From: Antedon mediterranea
Taxonomy: Eukaryota; Animalia; Echinodermata
NCBI RefSeq assembly: GCF_964355755.1
Contig: NC_092671.1
Span: 5,022,001-5,086,000, forward strand
DNA length: 64,000 nt
Direction of reading: 5' to 3'
Positions 44,721 through 55,208 of the stretch are shown here, in pieces. The position numbers and the translations under genes are program-made. Position 1 is the stretch's first letter, and each line of letters opens with the position of its first letter. The notes beneath the pieces are model-generated. The model did no database searches and had not been told where the DNA came from. It saw only the letters and a program-made list of their open reading frames with translations.

Positions 44721-47139
44721 ATGTCTGAAAGAAAAGTGTTAAATGTAAGTATATTCATTCTTTTTTAAAGAAGGTATTTCAGAAAAAAACTGATTGTAAA
44801 AATTATCATCTAAAACATATCATGACCATTCAATTATTAATGATGATTTTTTTATTTTAGAAATACTATCCGCCTGATTTTGATCCGTCAAAAATACCAA
44901 AAGTTAAAGCTGAAAAAAACAAGAAGTTTGTTGTCCGTCTCATGGCTCCATGTCACATGAGGTGTGTAAAGGCTATTTTTTTATTTTTACATTAATATTC
45001 CATAAACATTATCATTATTATTAATAATCTTGAAATCCACAGGGCTTCGTTTCAAGATAGTATTGGTTTCTTTTTGAGATAAACCGAATTTAAATGTCAA
45101 AGGAATAGAAATGTATGATTGTGTATCATACAGTGTCAATAACCCTCAACATATTTATTCTACAATTTATTGTTTTCCAAATGGTACTTTTATTGCATCT
45201 TGTATCTTCTTCTTGTCTGCTTTCTTGGAAAAAAATCACATTATTTAGTTTGCAAAAAGAATCTTGAAGAAAAGTCATCGCGAAGAGAGTCTTAAAAAAA
45301 AAAGCAGCTCATGGTATATAATTATCTGAATTGTCATTTTGACACAGATGTAAAACATGTGGTGAATATATCTACCAAGGAAAGAAGTTCAATGCAAGGA
45401 AAGAAGATGTTTTGGATATGAACTATCTAGGACTTAGAATGTACAGATTCTACATCAAATGTCCTAAATGTGTAGCTGAAATCTCATTCAGAGTAAGTAC
45501 AATTTAGTACATTTATATTATAATGTAAAAATGTGGTTGAGGCAGACAATGAAAATCAAAGGCAAGCAATTTGAGTATTGCCATCTAATGTTTGCCAAAT
45601 GTTGTAGCCTGGGATTATTACTTATATTCTTACCTATTAAGAAATGTTTAATTCTATTGAATCTATAACCTATTCAAAGTTTTAAATTCTTTCAGACAGA
45701 CCCTGAAAGTCAGGACTATGTCGTAGAAGCAGGGGCAACCAGGAATTTTGAGGCTGTGAAATTATTGGATGAAGAGGAAAAGAGAATAAAGAAACAACGG
45801 GAAGATGAAGAAGCAAACAATCCAATGAAGGTGCTAGAGAACCGAACCAAAGACTCCAAACAAGAGATGGACATTATGGAAAATATAGAAGAACTGCGAG
45901 AACTGAACACGAGACAAGCGGATGTTGATCACATCGGAATCATAAAGGAAAAGGAGGAAGAAATGAGGAAACGACAGGAGGAAGAGGACGAAGCTGAGAT
46001 TAGGTTTGTACATTTGTCGTACAGTTTGAAGTTAATACATAATTCGTTTTCCATTATTTTAAAACTAGCCTGTTTCATAATAGCAACTTTTTGTTATCAT
46101 GCAGCGACAGGTGAATACGTAGCTGTTGAGTCAAAAAGTCAATCTCCACATATGTAGGATGACTTTTAGACTCATTAAACATATTTGCAACCAGTTCAGA
46201 CTTTATTTTCTAGTTATCAGACTTTTTGGAAGTCTCTACTTTCAATGCCTATTTAATTATAATTTCAGGAAAATCTTTGGAAAATCATCAGAAATAATAA
46301 TGAAACGTCTAGATGATAGTGGAAGTGAAGAAGACGAAGAGAAACCATTGTTTCAGACTAAATTAACTAAAGGCAAAAGACCAACAGATTTTATTCATGA
46401 GGTAATTGTTCTTACAAACTTAAATTTAGAGAGTTAAGAGAACTACACACATCTATCTGGTTATGCCAGAATCACGATAAGAAAAGCGCATTTTGAACTT
46501 AAGCTCTGTCTACACTATCAAACTAGTTTGACAAAAAAGTGGAATGTGCCCAAATATGGTAGTGATATGGTCAATTTTTCTTTACAGGATGTAGAGGCTG
46601 TATCGAGTCAAAAGAAGCAGAAAGTCTGGGACCGGAGTGTAGGCCAGTTAAAGTCTTCATTATCATCTCTAGTCAAGACCAAGAAGGCACCAAAACACAA
46701 AGATTCTGTCACACCCATAATCAAAACCAAAAGAAATCTTTCTGAAACAAGTTTGATTAATGATGAAGAAAAAGTAGTGGAAACAAAAGCTGTAGAGGGC
46801 AGTAGTAGGACTGTTGAGCCTTCATCAGTTAACAGTAACCAAAATACTGTTCAGCCTTCATCAGTTACCGGTAAACAAAATACTGTTGATGCTTCATCAG
46901 CTAACAGTAAACAAAATACTGTTGACCCTTCGTCGTCTGGTGACGTTGAAAGTGATCTTACTATTGGTCAACAGTCAACAGAAGAGACAAGCGGTATTTC
47001 AAGTTTACCGGTCATGGCACATATCAAAGAGGGTATGGTAAAAAAAAAGGAATTAAAGGTCAAATCTTGTGGCCTTGGACTTGACCTCCTAGGAGGGTAC
47101 TCGGACAGTGATGATTCAAATTCTGATGTATCTGAATGA
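44721..47139 (+). CDS. YJU2: Splicing factor YJU2 (CCDC94), spliced, 420 aa
   Basis: Exons 44721-44744, 44861-44961, 45348-45492, 45696-46003, 46269-46401, 46588-47139 (1263 nt). Starts [21 protein letters not shown], has Zn-binding CKTC and CPKC, TDP...[22 protein letters not shown], and ends [11 protein letters not shown]. Confidence 0.94.
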
Positions 47140-47848
47140 GGTGGGTTTTTATTATAACCTGCAAAAAAATTATTGTTTGCGAGATCATTTATGGTACATA
47201 ATGCATCAAATTGTAAAAGATGCTTGCCACTCCCAGTGTCCCTGGTTCAAATCCTGTAAGATGTCAGAAGTCCAGGAAACTTCCAAAGATTCAATAAGAC
47301 AGGGTGTGATATAAATAACTATTGGCAACATGGCTAAATAAAGAAGACAGAATACAGTAGAATTCATATTGATGACACCTTCAGTACCAAACAAAGTTTC
47401 TTCTTAACAGTGGTTGGCAAAGAAACCACATAGTATTTATCTTTACATTAAATGTAGTGACCTTAAATGTAGTGACCTTAAATTAGATCTAAAAGGGTTC
47501 TACTTTATAGCTAAATAAAAACAACAGATCCAGCATACTTTTATATCATGATTTTATTGATAATACAGGTAATTGACAATAAATTCTGTTTATATTGTAC
47601 AGTGTAAAATAATTCAAATGTGTTTTTAATTAATGAAATTCAGAACATCCAACATATTCATTTGCCTTATATGGATGCAGGTCTGATGATTATGAAGATT
47701 TGGTAAAAAAAAATTTTATATGCGATCTGATACTGCGGTTCTAAAAAAAATCCCTATAAACAAGCTATGAACATTTCAACGTTTTGTTTGTAAAACAGTG
47801 ATTTGAAACATATTATTTAACAAATTTTATTGAGTGGTGAGGCGATGT

Positions 47849-50800
47849 CTACGATACCGGTGCAACTTCAATACTGTTAATTCTTAACACTGTGTGGTTG
47901 GGTTTCTTTTCTGAAAAAAAAAATTAAACAAATTATGAAACACTCTATAGCAAGCAGAGGTGGATCCCTTTTTAACGGGGAAGTGCATACATAATAATAT
48001 TTTGTAAATAGTAGTTAATTTAATTTTAACTGTCAAAAGGACAGTTTTGCTGAATTTAAACTTTTATTACGATTTTTTATATTTTGATTCATTATGCTTT
48101 GCTTAACTTAACTATGTAGCTGTCAAATAAAAAAAATGGAAAATGGGTTCAGTGGTAAAGCATAGGATTGTTGACACAAAATTGGTACGATTTGAATCCA
48201 TACAGTAGCGATAGATCAAGAAGCTATTTGTTTTCTGAAATTGTATGATTTTTGTCTCATCCAATCAGCAGTGAGCATGAATGATCTCGCTTGACAACGG
48301 ATAACCAAATTTGTGCTCAATGTAAAAGCATGCTCAATACTCCTGGGCGCAATGTGAAAGTAGCTTAACACAACAATTCAAACATCTATATATGAAAAAA
48401 ATATGATGTAACAAACCTTTGTATTTTTTGTGCCTCTTCCTCCTATGGAAACGGAATATTACAATAGTTGGACCCTTAGTTTTCTCAATCACTGTGGCTT
48501 CTACTTTCACAACATCTAACCTAATAAAAAGTTATTATTTATATTTATTTTAGGTAAGTACTTTCTCAATTTTGTATGCGGAGCCAACACAAAATCAAAC
48601 TCAGAATTCCCTCATGTAGAATGACAAATACAATGGTTGTTTGCTGAGAATCTAATAGGTTTACTGCAACCATGAAATGCATTGACATAATATAATATCA
48701 TTGGAATATACACTATTTTTGCAATAGACTCATGGCAGCCATGAAATCAATTGATACACTATTTTTGCAATAGACTCATGGCAGCCATGAAATCAATTGA
48801 TACACTATTTTTGCAATAGACTCATGGCAGCCATGAAATCAATTGATACACTATTTTTGCAATAGACTCATGGCAGCCATGAAATCAATTGATACACTAT
48901 TTTTGCAATAGACTCTTGGCAGCCATGAAATCAATTGATACACTATTTTTGCAATAGACTCATGGCAGCCATGAAATCAATTGATACACTATTTTTGCAA
49001 TAGACTCATGGCAGCCATGAAATCAATTGATACACTATTTTTGCAATAGACTCATGGCAGCCATGAAATCAATTGATACACTATTTTTGCAATAGACTCA
49101 TGGCAGCCATGAAATCAATTGATACACTATTTTTGCAATAGTCTCATGGCAGCCATGAAATCAATTGTCATGATAAATTATCATTGCAATAGATTCATTG
49201 CAACCATGAAATCCATTGACATAATATAATATCATTGGAATATACACATTGCAGCCATGAAATCCATTGTCATGAGAAACTATCAGTGCAATAGACTCAT
49301 TGCAGCCATGAAGTCCATTGTCATGAGAAACTATCATTGCAATAGACTCATTGCAGCCATGAAATCCATTGGCATAATAAAATATGATTTTAAAGAAAAG
49401 ATTGTTAGTGAAAATTTGTGGATGAACATACTTAATGAGAGGCTTTCCTGTAATTGTGAAGTTTTCACCTCCTACCATTAGGACCTGTAAAATAAAAATG
49501 GTAGGCAATGATATATCATTACTAAGTTCAAGTGAAAATGTGTACACAAGATGCTCTCCACAAACAAAAGTCTAAAGCTATTAGGATAGTGTACAATATC
49601 CTGTCCATCTGAGGACCAGTTGCTTAAGTCACCTCCAACCTCCAAACAGTGGCAATCTGGGAGCTTGCAAACACACGTTTGCTAGTTAAGAATAGGCTAA
49701 GTCTTTGTGAGGGTAGGAAGTTGTACTGTCACGTCAAAATTGGATCGATTTTGGTCGTAATCAAGCGCCAAAACTGGTCCGGTCGGATCGATTTTGGCGT
49801 TGAAACAGCCACTAAAACAGGTCCTGCTAGGCCAAAACTGGTCCGGCATTTAAAATCGCTTATTTATTCTTTAAAATGTGTTAAGAAGCCTGCAAAGAGT
49901 TCAAATGGTTAAAGTAAACTATGCTTAAAGTAAAATACTAAATATTACTGTACAAACGAAAAGAAATTATCGAAACACTAATTAAAGAAACTCTAATCGG
50001 CTTTTGGGATATTCTATTGTTCAGTTCGTTTAAAACTAATAGAGCCCCCTAGTAATTTTATATTATGCCTAAGAACCGAACGCCGATTTATTCTTGCACA
50101 TTTTTAATCTCTCCGTTTCGATAATTCCTTTTTGATTTACTCTAAGCATAGTTTAACTTCAACCATTTAGACTTTTTAAAAGATAAATAAGCGATTTTGA
50201 AGGCCGGATCAGTTTTGGTCTAGCCGGACCTGTTTTAGGGGCTGTTTCAACGCCAAAATCGATCCGACCGGACCAAATTTCGCGTTACAGTACAACTCAC
50301 TGAGTCAGGGATACTACAGTATAGACACAAAATGCCCTTTGCTTAATTCCAGGCGACACATTTCTGTTTATAAGTTACTGCTTAACAATTACCTTTTCAA
50401 GCCGTATCCTATCGCCGACATCGGCATCAATGTGCGAAAGAGTTTGGATTAGGTCATTTGTTGTTACTTTAAATTGTTTACCAGATATATATAAAATTGC
50501 AAACAGACGGCCATTGTTGGAATTTATCTCACTGTTTACGTTTTGCAATACTGAATAATCTGTAATAAAAAAATTTTTTTTTTTAATTTTCATGTTATAC
50601 TTTTTCATTTTCATGCCACCTTATTAACTGGCCCTGCAGTAACGTTTAGACCACTGGGTTCATTGACATTATCCTATAATTGTCTAAAGCTCAGTTTACA
50701 CTATCAAACTTTATGTAACAAAGCAATACAAACCATATATGGACATGATGACATCATATCACTACCATATTTATGGCTACATCACACCTTTTTTCAGAGC

Positions 50801-53800
50801 TTAAGAGTTAATTCTACTGTTAAGTTTGATGCTGGAAGAAATACACTTAATTGAACGCAAACTGCTCCAATTTATGCTAAAGTAAGTTCTGTCTACACTA
50901 TGAAACTACAGTCGACCTTCTCATTTACACACTTCTCAATTACGAACCTTCTATTTTACGAACGCCGTTCGAACGATGACGTCATCAGTAATATAATAAA
51001 ACTTTTACGTACCTACTAATTTATTATCTTCTTAATTTATTAAACTACCCCAAAACAATTATTTCATAAATAAAGCAAAGCTTATTAAAAACGATCCACG
51101 ATTTATTTATAGTTTAAAAGTTGTCTATTCTTAGGCCGTTAGCTAGGCCGTTTAGCTAGGCCTAGGCCGTTTAGTCTAGGCTTAAGCTAGAGATCATCAT
51201 CCCCACTGCTGGAGTGCATGGAGAGCACCCTGCACGTGTTTTTGAAAAAAACAAAAGTTGATCGCGAACTGCAAAAAAGGCTAGCTACGATGACCATACT
51301 ATCAATTTAGTTTGGTTTGTGCATGTGTTTACGATATAAAAAAACACTTGACTCTTATTTATTAACATTTTAAAACTTTAATGTCAGTCGTCGCGTAGCC
51401 ATTTTTCTGGGAATTCCATTTTACAAACACCACACATACATAGTAGCTTAAAAATGTAAATATTTGCGGTCCAGAACGGATTTTATATTATTACTTTAGG
51501 AACAAGTTCGTAAATTACAGTTTGTGTCAAAATATGCATAATAAACAGGAAAGTAAACGATTGAATTTTGGTACAGAGAATGTGTGTAACATAACAAAAA
51601 GCAGAAATATCAATCTTTTTGGCATTTAAGGTGTTAATTTACATGTTAAATTTAATTGTTTTATACTGTATTAATATTTTTAATACTGTTTGTTCTTTAT
51701 AGTGTACTATACACAGTAAGTTTTACATAGGGCATTTTGTTTGGACATGTTTTTACCACTGATTTAATAGAGGGCGCTTTTTTCCGAACCTTCTCATTTA
51801 CGAACTTTTTCATTTACGAACGCCTCTCAGACCAAGGGGTACGTAAATGAGAAGGTCGACTGTAGTTTGAAAAAAAAGTTTGATGCCCAAATATGGTATG
51901 TTGCATGTATAAAGAGTGATATCGCCCTCTATCCGGGGCAGAGGCAACATGGTGGATATATTGTAGAGAACATGTGTTGATATCTGAATAAAGAATGTTG
52001 TTAATAATCATTTTCGTATGAAGTCTTCAATCATAAAAACAATACATAAAACAGTAGTGATATGACATCATCATGTCCATATATGTGCATATTTTTTGGT
52101 CACATAAGTTTGATAGTGTAGACAGAGCTTAAGATTTAACAGTGTACTTTGTAAACATTATATATGTTTTCTATTATTTTTTTGTTATCATAAAGATCTT
52201 CAATGATTCGAGGAGAAGACCATTTCCTCTCCCGTCAACTTTACCTGAAGAAATCCACTTTGAACCAGTTCAGGGTAACCCATCTATTGTATTCATGATC
52301 AATGAGTTGGATACTGCTTTGGTGGAAGTGGAAAGAGGAAACAAAGTAAGCCATACTACTACCACCACATCACATTTATTAAAACAACATTTTAAAGATC
52401 ATTACCATTAGATAGAGAAAAATCAGTGTTTAAAGATGTTGGTAGCGTTGACGATGGTTGGAATCTATGTAACTGTGGCAATACCATGCGATGTGCTTGA
52501 GTTCTAATAAAAAAAGATTTTATTAACAATTATTAAATTTATAGTTATACATATTGTATTTACTTGATTTGTCTTTTTTCCAAGAAAAGGAAGTAGGGAC
52601 ACTCCTTGGCATGCTGACTGTTGTGGAGAATTACCATGCTGCTGCTTAGTGTCATTCTGTGCTCATAAATAAATATGTTTTCGAGAAGGCATTAGAATGA
52701 CTTTTAGACTCAAAAGGTACATATTGGCATTTCGACTAAAAAACGATGCATTATTATTAATCATCGAGGTATAATATATATAGGCCTAGCTAGGCCTATA
52801 TATCATATACCGCCATGCATTAATCTAGGTAGTGGCAAGAAAACAAAATGTAAAGGTAAAAATGGAGAACTTACCCGACTAAATTAAAACTATTATTTAC
52901 TTCAATTTGAAAGCCTATGTAAAACAGAATATAATAAATGGAAACAAGTTTTTATAAAATTTAGTAATACTATGCTAATTCCTAAATTAAAAATAAACAA
53001 GCACGAATGTGCAATACTCGGGGTACAGCGAAAGAAGCTGTATACAGACGTATATAGTTAGAAAGTTAAAGAAAAATAGGTTTCGCCAGGGCTCGAACCG
53101 GGACCTTCTGCGTGTTAAGCAGACTTGACAACCACTACACTACGAAAACCACTTACACTAAAAATGTGGGTTACAGAAAGTTTTTTAATCCATTTAAATT
53201 ACAAATAAATATGGTAATAAGCACAAAGAAAAATAAACATGTGTAAAAGTGATAATTACCGATTACACAAAATAAGTATTTAAAGACCCCTTCCCTGCAA
53301 TTTTGGACGTTTTTTGGAAAATAATACATATATATCACTTTAAAAACATTAAACCATGTCATTCCTTGTCTTAAATGTACGTTTTATGGTAAATTATGAT
53401 AAAAAGTGAGAAACAATGCACTACCTAAGTAGCTCGCGGCGATCGACCTCTCGTGGACGGTCTTAGGCCTAGCCTAGCTAGGCTTAGTTTTGTAGGCCTA
53501 GCTGGTAAACATCGGTAACGTACGAACATCGTAAGCGAGCTATATACCTAGCCTGACGTTGTATAGTTGCTGCATTAATTGTCTTTCTATTTTTGCCAGA
53601 CTCCGTTGATACAAATTGGGGAAAACCCGGTATTTTCGCTGAAAAGTTAGGAGTCTTCCATTTGTTTTGGTCTCACGATCGATCGAAAAGTGGGCGAATT
53701 ACAGGTGAAAAACAAAAATATCAATCCGCGCGCAATGCATTTTGGGATTTATAGCGGGCCGCTATAATGATTAGAATCGACTTATTTTTCACATTTTTAA

Positions 53801-54732
53801 CCGTTTAAAGACGAAAAAAGTTATCGCAATAGGACCATATAGTATTATTTTTACATTAAATATAGTTTTTGATCTTAAATGAGATCTAAAAAACGTAGGG
53901 AATGGGGCTTTAAAAAAATAATAAAAATAAGATATACTGTGTATAATTATCATATTGCGTATACAGTACTTTTCACCATAAAGTTTAAAAAATAGGTTTC
54001 GTCCGGGCTCGAACCAGGTACCTTCTGCGTGTTAAGCAAACGTGATAACCACTACGCCAAGAATCCGCATATAACCATATAACTACATAACGCTGTGGTG
54101 TGTGTCACACATTGTGGCTTCTTAATTAAACAAATTAATTAACAAAAAATTAAAAATCCGGCTCTATGTCCCTGTAGTATGTTCATGCCAAATCCCAGCT
54201 CAATACTACAACGAATAAGGGAGGATTAGTACTTTAAAAATCGCACTTTTTACTCAATAGTGTCCAGATGGAGGAAGAGGAGAAAATGAGCAAGTCCTAG
54301 ACTCGGGTACCCCGAGTAAAAAGATGACATAAGGGAACTTTTTCACAGATTGGGCCTTCCTTGGTTTTGACCGACTTCTCAGACCGTGTTTATAGAAAAC
54401 ACAACCTTAAGGATCGTTAAGCAGTATTCCAAAGAAGAAGAAGAAGTGTGGGTGCTACTCAACTGTACTTTCGCACCTAGCTAGGCTAAAATAACCACAT
54501 TTAAAAACGCTCACTCGAGCTGCCCGGTGCCGGCAATTTTCAATTGTCACGTGTAGGTGCAAAAGTACAGTAGCACCCATAAGGCTTAAGAAGGAAATTA
54601 GAATAAAAGGTAATTTATATATGCAATAACACATTTCATGAATCTCTAATAAGAAAGAGAGAGCCAACCTGGTTTCCGCAACGACCGCGTAAGCCTTCCT
54701 CCACAAGACAACCATCTCATGGGGGCAGCCAT
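47849..54732 (-). CDS. MRPL21: Mitochondrial ribosomal protein bL21m (39S L21), spliced, about 195 aa
   Basis: Exons 54732-54669, 52914-52875, 52503-52406, 50559-50393, 49484-49432, 48520-48417, 47910-47849 (588 nt, phases consistent). The last four exons encode the L21 fold (GRLFAILYISGKQFKVT...RIRLEKVLMVGGENFTITGKP...VEATVIEKT...TVLRINSIEV). Exon 1 encodes an Arg-rich, acid-free presequence-like peptide MAAPMRWLSCGGRLTRSLRKP. Exons 1-3 are less certain than exons 4-7. Confidence 0.88.
48708..49370. repeat. Minisatellite, 46-bp unit x10, grading into degenerate ~51-bp units
   Basis: Unit ATACACTATTTTTGCAATAGACTCATGGCAGCCATGAAATCAATTG (48708-49167), with related older units at 48660-48710 and 49170-49370. 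Confidence 0.95.
49719..50297. mobile_element. Palindromic MITE with about 200-bp inverted arms
   Basis: AGTTGTACTGTCACG... versus ...CGTTACAGTACAACT, and inner TGGTCCGGTCGGATCGATTTTGGCGTTGAAACAGCC mirrored at about 50240-50275. Confidence 0.8.
50688..50801. mobile_element. Harbinger-type MITE family A copy (internally deleted)
   Basis: TAA-AGCTCAGTTTACACTATCAAAC...CAGAGCT-TAA. Confidence 0.75.
50909..51862. mobile_element. Tc1/mariner-type MITE, 954 bp, nested in a family A MITE
   Basis: 20-bp perfect TIR CAGTCGACCTTCTCATTTAC, TA on both sides (50907-8, 51863-4), subterminal TTTACGAAC repeats. Confidence 0.9.
51899..52053. mobile_element. 155-bp TG...CA insert (solo-LTR-like) in the same family A MITE
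   Basis: Ends TGTTGCATGTAT / ATACATAAAACA, internal TATAAA and AATAAA, GTA duplicated. Removing it restores the family motif ATGGTAGTGATATG. Confidence 0.55.
53078..53149 (-). tRNA. tRNA-Val(AAC)-like, probably decayed
   Basis: Minus strand GTTTTCGTAGTGTAGTGGTTGTCAAGTCTGCTTAACACGCAGAAGGTCCCGGTTCGAGCCCTGGCGAAACCT. Perfect anticodon stem TCTGC/GCAGA, A and B boxes, T5 run just downstream. One mismatch each in the acceptor, D and T stems; discriminator is T. Confidence 0.55.
53284..53909. mobile_element. Kolobok-like non-autonomous element
   Basis: TTAA|AGACCCCTTCCCTGC ... GTAGGGAATGGGGCT|TTAA: imperfect TIRs with AG...CT termini and TTAA flanks. Confidence 0.55.
53994..54066 (-). pseudogene. 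tRNA-Val(AAC) pseudogene, paralog of 53078-53149
   Basis: Minus strand GGATTCTTGGCGTAGTGGTTATCACGTTTGCTTAACACGCAGAAGGTACCTGGTTCGAGCCCGGACGAAACCT followed by ATTTTTT. Two acceptor-stem mismatches plus D- and T-stem mismatches. Shares its 3' flank with the first copy. Confidence 0.65.
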
Positions 54733-55033
54733 CTTGACAATATCTTGCTGCCAAAATATCAATATGTAGAGGGCGGCGTATACAATTAATTAATTAAAGT
54801 ATCGAGCTATATATCCAATACCAAATTGGCGAGTAAATCATGTTTTACTTTAAATTAAATTTATACGCTCTTCCACAAGGTCAATTGTTAGTTATACATA
54901 CAGACTATATTAAAACAATGATTTTGAACACGTAGGGCATTTCTTTGAATTCATTCCTATCGTCTTTTTGTGGTAATTTACAGCTTTTTATATGTTTAAA
55001 AAACGTACATAATCAATTGCGTCTGAATCATGC

Positions 55034-55062
55034 TAGACTACAACTTCCGGTAGTGACGTAAT
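55034..55062. promoter_or_regulatory. Motif cluster about 300 bp upstream of MRPL21 ATG (ACTACAA, ETS-type CTTCCGG, CRE-like TGACGTAA)
   Basis: Sequence TAGACTACAACTTCCGGTAGTGACGTAAT. A YY1-type CAAGATGGC overlaps the start codon. Motif similarity only. Confidence 0.35.
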
Positions 55063-55208
55063 CAGCATATTTTTGGTAATAAAACTTTTTTACTAAGCTA
55101 GGGAATCTTCTGATATCAATATTCATTAGACCGTACTTTATTTAGCCAATCAAAATAAACGTATAAACAATTTTGCGGCGATGTTATACATGTTGCTGAG
55201 TTAAAATA

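Noticed and set aside
52564-52655. Alternative MRPL21 first exon (MTLSSSMVIL...)
   Set aside because: It is phase-compatible but lacks presequence character. The 54732 start plus the 40-nt exon gives a better model. It could still be a minor isoform.
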